64,000 nt of DNA from the human T2T-CHM13v2.0 reference genome, Homo sapiens, in NCBI RefSeq assembly GCF_009914755.1, contig NC_060932.1; one strand, 5' to 3'. The position numbers were made by a program, and so were the translations under genes. Positions 29,359-44,382 of this stretch are shown in pieces. Position 1 is the stretch's first letter, and the number at the start of each line of letters is the position of its first letter. The notes under the pieces are model-generated. The model saw only the letters and a program-made list of their open reading frames with translations, did not search any database and was not told the DNA's origin.

Positions 29359-32300
29359 CAGTATAAAAGCATTCCTACTACTCCGCATCCTCTCCTGCAT
29401 CTGTTGTTTCCTGACTTTTTAATGATTGCCATTCTAACTGGCATGAGATGGTATCTCATTGTGGTTTTGATTTGCATGTCTCTGATGACCAGTTATGATG
29501 AGCATTTTTTCATATGTCTGTTGGCTGCATAAATGTCTTCTGTAGAGAAGTGTCTGTTCATATCCTTTGCCCACTTTTTGATGGGGTTGTTTGTTTTTTT
29601 CTTGTAAATTTGTTTAAGTTCTTTGTAGATTCTGGATATTAGCCCTTTGTCAGATGGATAGATTGCAAAAATTTTCTTCCATTCTGTAGGTTGCCTGTTC
29701 ACTCTGATGATAGTTTCCTTGGCAGTGCAGAAGCTCTTTAGTTTAATTAGATCCCATTTGTCAATTTTGGCTTTTGTTGCCATAGCTTTTGGTGTTTTAG
29801 TCATAAAGTCTTTGCCCATGCCTATATCGTGAATGGTATTGCCTAGGTTTTCTTCTAGGGTGTTTACGGCTTTAGGCCTTACATTTAAGTCTTTATTACA
29901 TCTTGAGTTAATTTTTGTGTAAGGTGTAAGGAAGGGATCCAGTTTCAGCTTTCTACATATGGCTAGCCAGTTTTCCCAGCACCATTTATTGAATGAGGAA
30001 TCCTTTCCCCATTGCTTGTTTTTGTCAGGTTTGTCAGAAATCAGATGGTTGTAGATGTGTGGTGTTATTTCTGAGGCCTCTGTTCTGTTCCATTGGTCTA
30101 TATATCTGTTTTGGTACCAGTACCACGCTGTTTTGGTTACTGTAGCCTTGTAGTACAGTTTGAAATTAGGTAGCCTCCAGCTTTGTTCTTTTTGCCTAGG
30201 ATTGTCTTGGCTATGTGGGCTCTTTTTTGGTTCCATATGAAATTTAAAGTAGTTTTTTCCAATTCTGGGAAGAAAGTCAGTGGTAGCTTGATGGGATAGC
30301 ATTGAATCTATAAATTACTTTGGGCAGCATGGCCATTTTCATGATATTGACTCTTCCTATCCATGAGCATGGAATGTTCTTCCATTTGTCTGTGTCCTCT
30401 CATTTCCTTGAGCAGTGGTTTGCAGTTCTCCTTGAAGAGGTCCTTCACATCCCTTGTAAGTTGGATTCCTAGGTATTTTATTCTCTTTGTAGTAATTGTG
30501 AATGGGAGTTCACTCAGGATTTAGCTCTCTGTTTGTCTGTTCTTGGTGTATATGAATGCTTGTGATATTTGCACATTGACTTTGTATCCTGAGACTTTGC
30601 TGAAGTTGCTTATCAGCTTAAGGAGATTTTGGACTGAGACGATGGGGTTTTCTAAATATACAATCATGTTGTCTACAAACAGAGACAATTTGACTTCCTC
30701 TTTTCCTAATTGAATACCCTTTATTTCTTTCTCTTGCCTGATTGCCCTGGCCAGAGCTTCCAATACTATGCTGAATAGGAGTGGTCAGAGAGAGCATCCT
30801 TGTTTTTTGTCGGTTTTCAAAGGGAATGCTTCCAGTTTTTGCCCATTCAGTATGATATTGGCTGTGGGTTTGTCATAAATAGATCTTACTATTTTGAGAT
30901 ATGTTCCATCAATACCTAGTTTGTTGAGAGTTTTTAGCATGAAAGGCTCTTGAATTTTGTTGAATGCCTTTTCTGCATGTATGGAGATAATCATGTGGTT
31001 TTTGTCATTGGTTCTGTTTATGTGACAGATTACATTTATTGATTTGTGTATGTTGAACCAGCCTTGCATCCTAGGGATGAAGCTGAATTGATTGTGGTGG
31101 ATAAACTTTTTGAAGTGCTGCTGGATTTGATTTGCCAGTATTTTATTGAGGATTTTTGCATCAATGTTCATCAGGGATATTGGCCTAAAATTCTCTTTTT
31201 TTTGTTGTGTCTCTGCCAGGCTTTGGTATCAGGATGATGCTGGACTCATGAAATGAGTTAGGGAGGATTCCTTTTTTCTACTGATGTGAATAGTTTCAGA
31301 AGGAATTGTAACAGCTCCTCTTTGTACCTCTGGTAGAATTTGGCTGTGAATGCATCTGGTCCTGGGCTTTTTTTGGTTGGTAAGCTATTAATTATTGGCT
31401 CAATTTCATAATCTGTTATTGGTCTATTGAGAGATTCAACTTCTTCCTGGTTTCGTCTTGGGAGGGGGTATATGTCCAGTAATTTATCCATTTCTTCTAG
31501 ATTTTCTAGTTTATTTGCATAGAGGTGTTTATAGTATTCTCTAATGGTAGTTTGTATTTCTGTGGGATTGGTGGTGATATCCCCTTTATCATTTTTTATT
31601 GCATCTATTTGATTCTTCTCTCTTTTCTTCTTTATTAGTCTTGCTAGCAGTCTATCAATTTTGTTGATCTTTTGAAAAAAACAGCTCCTGGATTCACTGA
31701 TTTTTTGAAGGTTTTTTTTGTGTCTCTATATCCTTCAGGTCTGCTCTGATCTTAGTTATTTCCTGTCTTCTGCTAGCTTTTGGATTTGTTTGCTCTTGCT
31801 TCTCTAGTTCTTTTAATTGTGATGTTAGTGTGTCAATTTTAGATCTTTCCTGCTTTCTCTTGTGGGCATTTAGTGCTATAAATTCCCCTCTACATACTGC
31901 TTTAAATGTGTCCCAGAAATTCTGGTATATTGTGTCTTTGTTCTCACTGGTTTCAAAGAACATCTTTATTTCTTTGAAATAACAAAATGTCTTCATTTTG
32001 TTATTTACCCAGTAGTCATTCAAGAGCAGGTTGTTCAGTTTCCATGTAGTTTTGCTGTTTTAAGTGAGTTTCTAAATCCTGAGTTCTAATTTGGTTGCAC
32101 TGTGGTCTGAGAGACAGGTTATTGTGATTTCTGTTCTTTTACATTCACTGAGGAGTGTTTTGCTTCCAATTATGTGGTCAATTTTAGAATAAGTGTGATG
32201 TGGTTCTGAGAAGAATGGATATTCTGTTGACTTGGGGTGGAGACTTCTGTAGATGTCTATTAGGTCTGCTTGGTCCAGACCTGAGTTCAAGTCCTGGATA

Positions 32301-34931
32301 TCCTTGTTAACTTTCTGTCTTGTTGATCTGTCTGATGTTGACAGTGGGGTGTTAAAGTCTTCCATTATCATTGTGTGGGAGTCTAAGTCTCTTGGTAGGT
32401 CTCTAGGAACTTTCTTTATGAATCTGGGTGCTCCTGTATTGGGTGCATATATATTTAGGATAGTTAGCTCTTCTTGTTGAATTAATCCCTTTACTATTAT
32501 GTAATGGTCTTCTTTGTCTCTTTTGATCTTTGTTGGTTTAAAGTCTGTTTTATCAGAGATCAGGATTACAACACCTGCTTTTTTTTTTTTTTTTTTTTTT
32601 TGCTTTCCATTTGCTTGGTAGATCTTCCTCCCTCCCTTTATTTTGAGCCTATTTGTGTCTTTGCCTGTGAGATAGGTCTCCTGCATACAGCACATTGATG
32701 GGTCTTGACTCTTTATCCAATTTGTTAGTCTGTGTCTTTTAATTGGGGTGTTTAGCCCATTTACATTTAAGGTTAATATTGTTATGTGTAAATTTGATCC
32801 ATCATTATGATGCTAGCTGGTTATATCACCCATTAATTGATGCAGTTTCTTCATAGTTTTGATGGTCTTTACAATTTGGCATGTTTTTGTAGTGGCTGGT
32901 ACTGGTTGTTCCTTTCCATGTTTAGTACTTCCCTCAGGAGCTCTTGTAAGGCAGGCCTGATGGTGACAAAATCTCTCAGCATTTACTTGTATGTAAAGGA
33001 TTTTACTTCTCCTTCACTTATGGAGCTTAGTTTGGCTGGATATGAAATTCTGGGTTAAAAATTCTTTTCTTTAAGAGTGTTGAATATTTGCCCCCACTCT
33101 CTTTTGTCTTGCAGGGTTTCTGCTGAGAGACCTGCTGTTAGTCTGATGGGCTTCCCTTGGTAAGTAACCCGACCTTTTTCTGTGGCTGCCCTTAACATTT
33201 TTTCCTTCATTTCAACCTTGGTGAATCTGACAATTATGTGTCTTGGTGTTGCTCTTCTCAAGGAATCTCTTTTTGATGTTCACTGTATTTCCTGAATTTG
33301 AATGTTGGCCTGCCTTGCTAGATTGGGGAAGTTCTCCTGAATAATATCCTGAAGAGTATTTTCTAACTTGGTTCCATTCTCCCCATGACTTTCAGGTACA
33401 CCAATCAAATGTAGATTTGGTCTTTTCACATAGTCCCATATTTCTTGGAGGCTTTGTTTGTTTCTTTTCACTCTTTTTTTCTCTAATCTTGTCTTCTCAC
33501 TCTATGTCATTAATTTGATCTTCAATTGCTGATATCCTTTCTTCCACTTGATCGAATTGGCTATTGAAGCTTGTGTATGCTTCACGAAGTTCTTGTACTA
33601 TGGTTTTCAGCTCCATCAAGTCATTTAAGCTCTTCTCTACGCTGGTTATTCTAGTTAGTCATTTGTGTAACCTTTTTTCAAGGTTTTTAGCTTCCTTTCA
33701 TTGGGTTAGAACATGCTCCTTTAGCTTGGTGAAGTTTGTTATTTTCGACCTTTTGAAGCCTACTTCTGTCAACTTGTCAAAATCATTCTCCGTCCAGCTT
33801 TGTTCCATTGCTGGCAAGGAGTTGTGTTCCTTTGGAAGATAAGAGGCTTTCTGGCTTTTGGAATTTTCAGCCTTTCTGCTCTGGTTTCTCCCCATCTTTT
33901 TGGTTTTATCTACCTTTGGTTTTTGTTGTTGGTGACCTACAGATGGGGTTTTGGTGTGGAAGTCCTTTTTGTTGATGTTGATACTATTACTTTCTGTTTG
34001 TTAGTTTTCCTTCTAACAGACAGGACCCTCAGCTGCAGGTCTGTTGCAGTTTGTTGGAGGTCCACTCCAGACCCCATTTCCCTGGGTATCACCAGTGGAG
34101 GCTGCAGAACAGCAGAAATTGCTGTCTGATCCTTCCTCTGGATGCTTTGTCCCAGAGGGGCACCCTCATGTATGAGTTGTCTGTTGGCCCCTACTGGGAG
34201 GTGTCTCCCAGTCAGGCTACACGGGGGTCAGGGACCCACTTGAGGAGGCAGTCTGTTAGCAGATATTGAACACCGTGCTGGCAAAACCACTGCTCTCTTC
34301 AGAGCTGTCAGGCAGGAACATTTAAGTCTGCAGAAGCTGTCTGCTGCCTTTTGTTCAAATATGCCCTGCCCCCAGAAGTGGAATCTAGAGAGGCAGTAGA
34401 CCTTGCTGAGCTGCAGTGGGCTTTGCCCAGTTTAAGCTTCCCTGCCTCTTTGTTTACACTGTGAGCACAGAACCACCTACTCAAGCCTCAGCAATGGCTG
34501 ACGCCCCTCCCTCCACCACGATCCAGCATCCCAGGTTGATCTGAGACTGCTGCACTAGCAGTGGGCAAGTCTCCATGGGCGTAGGACCTGCCAAGCCAGT
34601 TATGGGGGGGAATCTCCAGGTCTGCCAGTTGCAAAGACCATGGGAAAAGTGCAGTATTTGGGGAGATTGTTCTGTTCCTCCAGGTACAGTCACTCATGTC
34701 TTCCCTTGGCTAGGAAGGGGAAATCCCCTGATCCCTTGCACTTCCTGGGTGAAGCAATGTCCCACCCTACTTTGGCTCACCCTCTGTGGGCTGCACCCAC
34801 TGTCTAACGAATCCCAGTGAGATGAACCAGTTACCTCAGTTGGAAATGCTGAAATCACCCATCTTCTGCATCGATCTTGATGGGAGCTATAGACTAGAGC
34901 TGTTCCTATTTGTCCATCTTGGATGTGACTC
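29359..34931 (-). mobile_element. L1PA (roughly PA5-PA8 age) with intact 5'UTR, disabled ORF1 (33895-32869) and ORF2 (from 32805), 3' end missing
   Basis: ORF track fragments MGRNQSRKAENSK (ORF1), endonuclease (LNIYAPNTGAPRFIK, SDH), RT ([24 protein letters not shown]) and C-terminal ORF2; 5' end reads CCAAGATGGACAAATAGGAACAGCTC on the minus strand; many frameshifts. Confidence 0.98.
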
Positions 34932-35330
34932 TGAATTAACTTTAAAGGAGTTTAATTGAGCAATGAATTGTTTGCAAATTGGGCAGCCCCCAGAATCACA
35001 GCAGATTCAGAGAGGCTGCAGGGGTGCCTCATGGTCAGAACAAATTTATAGACAAAAAAAGTGAAGTGAGGTAAGAAATGAGACACGAGGTACAGAAATA
35101 GCTTGACTGGTTACAACCCGGTGTTTGCCTTATTTGAACATTCAGCAGTGTATGACTGGTTGAAGTATGGCTGATGGGATTGGCCAAGACTCAGCGATTG
35201 TTACAGGTGCATACTCCTAAGTTAGGTTTTCAATCTTGTCTGCCTATTAAGTTAGGTTGCAGGTCATCCACAAGGACTCAAATATAGAGGTATAGAGTCC
35301 TTCTCAGGCCATATTTAGTTTGCTTTAACA
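34932..35330 (-). mobile_element. MER57 (MER57A-like) ERV1 solo LTR lacking its last ~20 bp
   Basis: Minus strand begins TGTTAAAGCAAACTAAATATGGCCTGAGAAGGACTC; CCAAT boxes; truncated at the L1 5' junction. Confidence 0.85.
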
Positions 35331-35673
35331 TAAGTAATACACAATAAAAACTCTTCTGGAGTTTCTAGTGGCAGTTGAAATAGTTTCAGATATGGACATC
35401 AGAAAATAAGCCATTCCTCATACCAATATGGCATGAGCTCCTTGACATCTAAGGGGTGGGAGCTCATCCTGCTGTGCACTTTAGAGCCCCTCCCCTGCCT
35501 TGTTTTGTGGCAGTGAAATGCTTCTTGACCATGTCTAAGTGTGTCTTTCACTATGTACAACTTCTGAATCATATTCCAATTGCTTGCCCTTCCAGAGACC
35601 CAGTACTCATTCTGGTCACAGCTAAAGTAAATCTTTTTTCAGGTAACTATAAGAAAGGAGTGATGTGTAATAA
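35331..35673 (+). pseudogene. PGAM1P: Processed PGAM1 pseudogene, distal 3'UTR fragment
   Basis: CATCAGAAAATAAGCCATTCCTCATACCAATAT, GGCAGTGAAATGC and the terminus TATAAGAAAGGAGTGATGTGTAAT match the recalled PGAM1 mRNA end (TATAATAAAGGAGTGATGTGCAAT); followed by degenerate TSD CAAATGGATCATAA versus AAGATGGATCCTAG at 27691-27704. Confidence 0.85.
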
Positions 35674-35974
35674 CAAATGGATCATAAACTGAAATATAAT
35701 TAAGTCATAAAACTTTCAAAAGAAAAAAATGAGAAAATTTTTCTGACCTTGGGTTAGGCAAAGTGGCAATTTCAAGCAAAGTAGTCTTAGATATGACAAC
35801 AAATGCACAAGCCATAAAAATAAAAAAACCCTGGTAAATTAGACTTCATTGAAATTAAAATCTTCTGTGCTTCCAAAGACACCATTATGAAATTGAAAAG
35901 ATTTGAATACTGGAGGTTAGGAAAAAAAGAAGAAGAAATCCAAAAGATAAGTCACAAACTGGGAAATATTATTT

Positions 35975-37471
35975 TGAGAGGTGACAACATGTTAGCAGCC
36001 CTCGCTCACTCTCAGCGCCTCCTTGGCCTCAGCGTCTGCTCTGGCCACGCTTGAGGAGCCCTTCAGCCTGCCACTGCACTGTGGGAGCTCCTCTCTGGGC
36101 TGGCTGAGGCCGGACCCAGCTCCCTCTGCTTCCTGGGAGGTGTGGAGGGAGAAGCAAGGGCAGGAGCTGGGGCTGCACGCAGCCCTTGTGGGCCAGCACG
36201 AGTTCTGGGTGGGCACGGGCTTGGCGGGCCCTGCATTCGGAGCAGCTGGCTGGCACTGTTGGCCTCAGGAAGTGAAGGGCTTAGCACCCAGGCCAGCAGC
36301 TGCAGAGGGTGCACTGGGTCTCCCAGCACTGCCGGCCCACCCGCGCCGCACTTGAATTCTCGCGGGGCCTCAGCCACTTCCCCGCGGGGCAGGGTTCAGG
36401 ACTTGCAGCCTGCCATGCCTGAGCCCTGCCCAGTGGGCTCCTGAGTGGCTGGAGCCTCCCCCATGGGCACCACCCCCTGCTCCGTGGCGCCCAGTCCCAT
36501 CAACCACCCAAGGGCTGAGGAGTGCAGGCACGCGGTGCGGGACTGGCAGGCACCTCCACTCACGGACCCGGCACGGGAGCCCCTAGGCAAAGCCAGCTAG
36601 GCTCCTGAGTCGGGTGGGGTCTTGGAGAACTTTTATGTCTAGCTGGAGGATGGTATATGCACCAATCAGCACTCTGTGTCTAGCTCAGGGTTTGGTGATG
36701 CACCCATCAGCACTCTGTATCTAGCTAATCTGGTGGGGACTTGGAGAACTTTTATGTCTAGCTAGAGGATTGTAAATGCACCAATCAGCACCCTGTGTCT
36801 ATCTCTGGGTTTTGGATGCACCAATCAGCACTCTGTATCTAGCTAATCTGGTGGGGACTTGGAGACCTTTTATGTCTAGCTAGAGGATTGTAAATGCACC
36901 AATCTGCACTCTGTGTCTAGCTCAGGGATTGTAAATGCACCAATCAGCACTCTGTCAAAAAGGACCAATCAGCTCTCTGTAAAACGGACCAATCAGCAGG
37001 ATGTGGGTGGGGCCAGATAAAGGAATAAAAGCAGGCTGCCTGAGCCAGCAGCAGCAACCCGCCTGGGTACCCTTCCAGACTGTGGAAGCTTTGTTCTTTC
37101 CTTCTTTGCAATAAATCTCGCTGCTGCTTAGTCTTTGGGTCTGCACTGCCTTTATGAGCTGTAACACTCACTGTGAAGGTCTGCAGCTTCACTCCTGAAG
37201 TCAGCGAGACCACGAACCCATCAGCAGGAATGAACAACTCTGGACGTGCTGCCTTTATGAGCTGTAACACTCACCGTGAAGGTCTGCAGCTTCACTCCTG
37301 AAGTCAGCAAGACCACGAACCCACCAGAAGGAAGAAACTCCGGACACATCTCAACATCAGAAGGAACAAACTCCGGACACACCATCTTTAGGAACTGTAA
37401 CATTCACTGTGAGGGTCCACGGCTTCATTCTTTAAGTTAGCGAGACCAAGAACCCACCAATTCTGGACACA
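35975..37471 (+). mobile_element. LTR12 (ERV9) solo LTR, long C/D/E type
   Basis: TGAGAGGTGACAAC...TTCTGGACACA; perfect 4-bp TSD ATTT; GC-rich U3, tandem CCAAT repeats, repeated U5 units. Confidence 0.97.
36610..37060 (+). promoter_or_regulatory. LTR12 U3 enhancer/promoter: NF-Y CCAAT array, GATA site and AATAAA TATA-equivalent
   Basis: Seven intact CCAAT boxes (36662, 36781, 36821, 36899, 36940, 36965, 36989), then GTGGGTGGGGCCAGATAAAGGAATAAAAGCAGGC; activity not demonstrated. Confidence 0.7.
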
Positions 37472-38127
37472 ATTTGAAAACCATATACCTGATAAAACTT
37501 ATACTCAGAATACATAAAGAAATCGTGCAACTCAATGACAAAAAGACATACAACCCAATTTTTAAAATAAGCAAGAGATTAGTAGATATTTCACCAAAGA
37601 AGATATGTCAATGGCTAATAAACATATGAAACATGTTCAACATCATTAGTTGTTAGGGAAACGCAAATTAAAACCACAATGACATATGACAACATATACT
37701 ACACTGACTATAATGAAAAGACAGACAATATCAATTATTGAAGCTGGTGTGAAAAAACTATGCAGATGAGAAAGTAAACTAGTATAGCCTCTTTGCAAAC
37801 CAGTTTGGCACGTTCTTAAAATGTTAACCATAAATTTACCACATAAGCCAGCAAATCCCTTCCTAGAAATCTACCCAAGAGAAATGAAAACACACGTCCA
37901 CAAAAATACGTCCAATATTCATCAGAGTTTTGTAGCCAAAAACTGGATATAATTCAAACGTCTGTCAACTGGTAAACAGATAAACAAAATGCAGTATATC
38001 CACAAAATGGAACACCAGCAACAAAATGGAATGAAGTACAGACATAGGCAACAGCACGGATGAACTTTATTCAAAAACATTAACCTAAGTCAAAGAAAGT
38101 AGATACAAATCCTACATATTATATTAT

Positions 38128-38774
38128 TTTCACAGCTAGTTAGACAGGCATGAGTGGAGCAGGAGAGGGCTCTCCCTGCACCCAGTAGGAATATCAGGTT
38201 ATGGTTCGATAATTATCATACTACCTCTCTAAAGCCAGGGAAGAACAATCTCCTGATGATCCACAGCTATTAACACTAAAGATAGTGTCAGGGAGAAGAA
38301 ACTTCCTGGGCATGTGGTTTAAGAGACAAAATGGGGAAATATGACCCTCCAGGTGCACTCTATGGGAAAAAGGAACAAAGCCTCAGATGGGCATGAGTAC
38401 AACTTCCTAAACACATTGCACCTCATCAGTTCCCAATGGGAAGGAGGGAACTATGCATGCAGGAAGCCCACCCTAAGAGAAGAATCTTGGGAAAGAGGTG
38501 AGCCTATGAAGCCCTAGGATCTAGGTTACATGCTCTTTTTAACCTTCCCTTGCGTGCTTGGGTCTCTTCCAAGCATACCTTTCTTTCTTTCCATTCTAAA
38601 GCCTTTTTAAATAAACTTCCACTCCTACTCTGAACCTGCCTTGGTCTCTTCTTCTTCTTTATACCTCTCAGTCAAATTCTTTCTTTTGAGGAGGCAAGGG
38701 CTGAAGTTGCTGCACACGCATACAGGTATGCTGCCAGTAACCTGGGGTAACTCGGGTCTCTTCCACCGGTAACA
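38128..38774 (+). mobile_element. MER50-like ERV1 solo LTR
   Basis: CAGCTAGTTAGACAGGCATGAGTGGAGCAGGAGAGGGCTCTCCC start, end CCACCGGTAACA; 4-bp TSD TTAT. Confidence 0.85.
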
Positions 38775-40030
38775 TTATTTCATTCATATGAAATATCCAG
38801 AAAAAGCAATTTTATAGAAACAGAAAACAGATCAGTGTTTGCCTTGGGCTGGGATGGGAGCTGAGATTGAGTGCAAACAAGCTTTTGAGAATTTTTGGAG
38901 CATGATGGAAATGTTTTAATACTAGATTGTAGCTGTGATTTCATAACACTATAAATTTGCTAAAAATTATTCGATTGTAAACTTACAGTGGATAACTTGT
39001 ATGTATGTAAGCTATATCTCAGTAAGGATGTTGAAAAGAAAGAATAAGCTGTTCTACGACAAATTCACAAAGTGAGAAAAATATCCTGAACTAACTTTTA
39101 AATAAATTCCCCCTGCATACACTCATCATCCCCGACCCCCTACTCGTATACTTCCACATTATATGGTGATTCTTCCTCCATTAAATTATGAGCCAGCCAC
39201 TTCCTCAGGGTAGGTTTATTCCAAGGAAGCGTTGATCTAAAGAAATAGGTTTTTGTTAAGTTTCAAAATACACTTCTAAAACACCTGGAAGGGATAATAG
39301 TTATGAGAATATTATTCCAAAAGGATCTTAGGCTATTCATATCCCACTCCACCCTCTACCTGTAGGCTGAACCATGGGGCGGGGTAGTCGGTAACATAAA
39401 GAAACCAGAGATAGCATTGACGAATTTAAATACTTAGGAATACTCGGCTTCTATATTTGGAGAGAGCCCAGAATGTGGGCACAATTCCTGAGTTTCTCAT
39501 ATCCAAAAAAGTGAACAGAGCAGAACCATCTGGAGTGAGGATCTAGGCAGGCCTTGGAGAGCTCTACCAAGATTCCTGCAGCTCTAGTGTAGCAAGGAAG
39601 CAGCCACTTCTGACTTGTGCACTAAAAAGAGGTGAGGAAGCACTTGAAGTGATTTTCTTCCTCAGAAATCTTAGAATTCAAACGATAGGCAGTTCCCCCA
39701 AACCTCCTAAGCTACCAAGAACACACGTGTGATTCTGGAAATGGGCAAAGGCAGATGTGTGATTCCCTGAATTGACTGAGATTACATGTCTCCCTTCTGG
39801 CAGAATGGGGGCATGAAATAAAAAAACAGGTTTGCTTACAGAAGAACAAGAAACAAGAAAATTACATTTCATCCACACTTAATGTATAGGCTGAGACTCA
39901 CACCTGCTGTATAGCATTATAATGCAGTATTTTGCAACTTTTTTTTTTGCATTATTACCTCCCTAAGGAGCCTTTTTAAACATTTTTTTCTAATTGCTCT
40001 CCTCATAAAATTTTAATATCATAGTTATAC

Positions 40031-40048
40031 TGTATGTGTGTATGTGTA

Positions 40049-40088
<40 letters not shown>
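40031..40088. repeat. Compound (TG)n/(TGTA) microsatellite
   Basis: Interrupted TG run abutting the Alu tail. Confidence 0.95.
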
Positions 40089-40089
40089 C

Positions 40090-40423
<334 letters not shown>

Positions 40424-40589
40424 TAGTATGTATAAAACATAAGGGATTTTTTTGCCTCCCCTAAGACCCAATTTTAAACATTCTCAACAAGGGTGATATT
40501 GCTCTGGAGTGAAATAAAAGTCCACTTAATGGGGAACACAAAAGAAGTAAACTAAATGATTGATTATATTAATTTATGGCTAGAACTTT

Positions 40590-40765
40590 GCCAAATATTT
40601 TCTTCTGCAACATCTCATTTGGTCCCTGCTAAGAACTTGCGAAGTATGCTTACCATTCTTATTTTCACAGATAATTAAATGACTGCTCTGCTAGTACTAG
40701 TTGAGCTGGAACTGGGACCTAGATGTTCCAGCTCAAATTCTATGTTTTTTCCACTTGACACTCTG
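40590..40765 (-). mobile_element. MIR SINE
   Basis: CATCTCATTTGGTCCC...TTATTTTCACAGAT...GAGCTGGAACTGGGACCTAG. Confidence 0.6.
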
Positions 40766-42798
40766 CACCAGAAAACATTTTCTTTTGGGAAATGCTAGCA
40801 ACTCTGTCCTTTAAATCATGGAACTCTAGTAAGATAAAACAGTAGAAAATATAAAGAACACCTTCCCATATGGAAAGAAACTGACCAATTTGATGGTTTA
40901 TTCACCTGTAATTATTGGCATTTTGCTGGAATAGCTGAAAAGATGCAAAATTCAATATAAAATATGTAACGTGCAAAGCTCTAGGAATTGGGATGGCTTT
41001 GTTTTCCCTATTACTGACATTTTCATATATCTAGATAAATATATAGGCATTTTAAATGGTGAGAGGATGACAACTGGCATAAAACACATACAAAAGACTA
41101 ATTTGAAAATTATTGCTTAAAGAATATTGAAAATACATATACAAACACAGAGAGATTAACATATATTCAATAGCAGATAAAAAGAGTTTTTATTGTCATT
41201 AATGAGCAATACTCTAGCCCAAAGAACTGATTCCGAAACTAAATCCACAGTTTATTTACAGATATTTAAGTTTTACATGGTAAAATCTATAAGCACTATT
41301 TAATTATAACTATATTTACAGCTCACATTCAGACTCTAGGTATGTATACCAAGTGTTTTGTCATAGATATGGTTTAGATGTTTCATGCCAAATTCTCGTG
41401 TCTATATTTATAAAGGAATCACTGCTGCACTGTTTCCCTAATCCTGAGAATTACAAAAGGATGTTACTCCCTGAACTTTAATATATGATGTGAATTTCAG
41501 ACTGGTGGTTTTGAGGAGCTTTTCCTGGCATTACCATTTGAGGAGCAACTCTTTCAACTGTCTGTATTTCCACTGAACACATTAGCCTCATCTTCTGGCA
41601 TTACAATAAGTAAGCTAAATAATTAAAAACCCTCTGGAAGAGGGTTTTTATGCCACCCATTTTAGAAAACAGTATTGAGGAGCAAACAGCAGATAGTCTG
41701 AAAAAAATTCTACGTAAAACTGATCTAGAGGTTTGTACTACAAAGCAGGAAAGGACATGCCAATGGCTCCAACTCTAGCATTCTGAAACCTCTAGATATG
41801 GATTGGGGTGAATCTAGTCCAAGTAATCACAGACTGTAGATTACACTTCCCATGAAAAATGAGAGAATTGGTGAGGCAAAGAGTTGGTGAAAGAACATCC
41901 CAGGAGAATGTCAGCAAAGGCCCCCATGGAAGGAAAAGTTTTGGCATATTTGCAGAACTGAAAAAACTCTAATATGGTATTACTCCTCTGGAGTTGGCAG
42001 GAATATTCATCATGGAAATCATTTGATGTATTTCAGCATGTTTTAATTATTATGTTCCTGTTTCTATTTGGCATAATAAATGTCATAAAAGAATAGTATA
42101 ATCAATAGATACATGACAGGGATTAGAATAATTCAAGTAGTAACAAGAAGCAAAGAAAAGCATATGGGTTGTGCTATACCAATTTTAAGAGTATTTGAAT
42201 TGTTATGTACACGAAGCTGACATAGCAAAACACCTCTAAATCCTAACTCCTTTCATACGGAAAAGGGCATAATCCATCATGACCCTTCAAATTCAGGAAA
42301 TTCTGATATAACTGTGGTTTTAATAAAAGCATTTAAAACTCACTTGATTTTTAAAATAATATTTTTCTTTAATATCCTGAAGAAAACATTTACATTAGAT
42401 GCCTGTGACTCAACTCTTTCTGAAAATATATAGTGAAACACGCTGAATTTAAGGTAACGGTGTTGAAATATAGCAGTAAGTCCATCAGGGGACAATCTAA
42501 TATTATTATATGTCACACTTTTCTTGGATAAAGAAATCTTTCTGTCCACATCTATATCTATGTATGTATATACAAACATTGATATTTTTGAGTGAATTGA
42601 GAAATCAACTTAAGGCAAATGGCAAACAATTCATTCAAATAAATATTTTTTGAAAAATATACAATTGTTTACTAAATATAGCTGGACAACACCTGAATCA
42701 AATGTGGGAAATCAATTTGATGATTTAATGTGGACTTCGCATACTCTTTTTTATTTTTCCCAAGAGACTATGTAAATTAAATAAAAGAGCTGCATGGA

Positions 42799-44057
<1,259 letters not shown>

Positions 44058-44251
44058 GTTAATGAACAGATTATGAGAATCACAGAAAAAGTATTGAAAA
44101 TTAGATAAAATGTCTCCAGATGTTAAAGACGGTCATATCAGTAACAAAAATAACAAAATAATAAATATAAAGGAATGATTAAAAATACAAATGAAAATAC
44201 CCTATTCCAGTAACAATGCCGTCAGTGAGTAGGTGGTAGGTTCTGTTAAGG

Positions 44252-44382
44252 CAGGGGTCTGCAAAATTCTTCTGCAAAGGTCATGACAGTAAATATTTCA
44301 GACTTTATGAGCCACAAACAGTCTCTGCCACCTGTCCTTTGCCTTTTGTATTACAGCTTTTAAAAAAATGTAAAAACCATCC
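44252..44382 (-). mobile_element. MER58-type MITE fragment
   Basis: CAGGGGTCTGCAAAATTCTTCTGCAAAGGTCATGACAGTAAATATTTCAGACTT. Confidence 0.75.

Noticed and set aside
29493-33895. Longest ORFs (269, 207, 128 aa) as genes or an active reverse transcriptase system
   Set aside because: Frameshifted pieces of L1 ORF1/ORF2; the RT FADD motif reads FVDN and the 3' end is deleted
35992-36600. GC-rich region with overlapping ORFs as a CpG-island gene promoter or exon
   Set aside because: Entirely within LTR12 U3; the ORFs are by-products of high GC content
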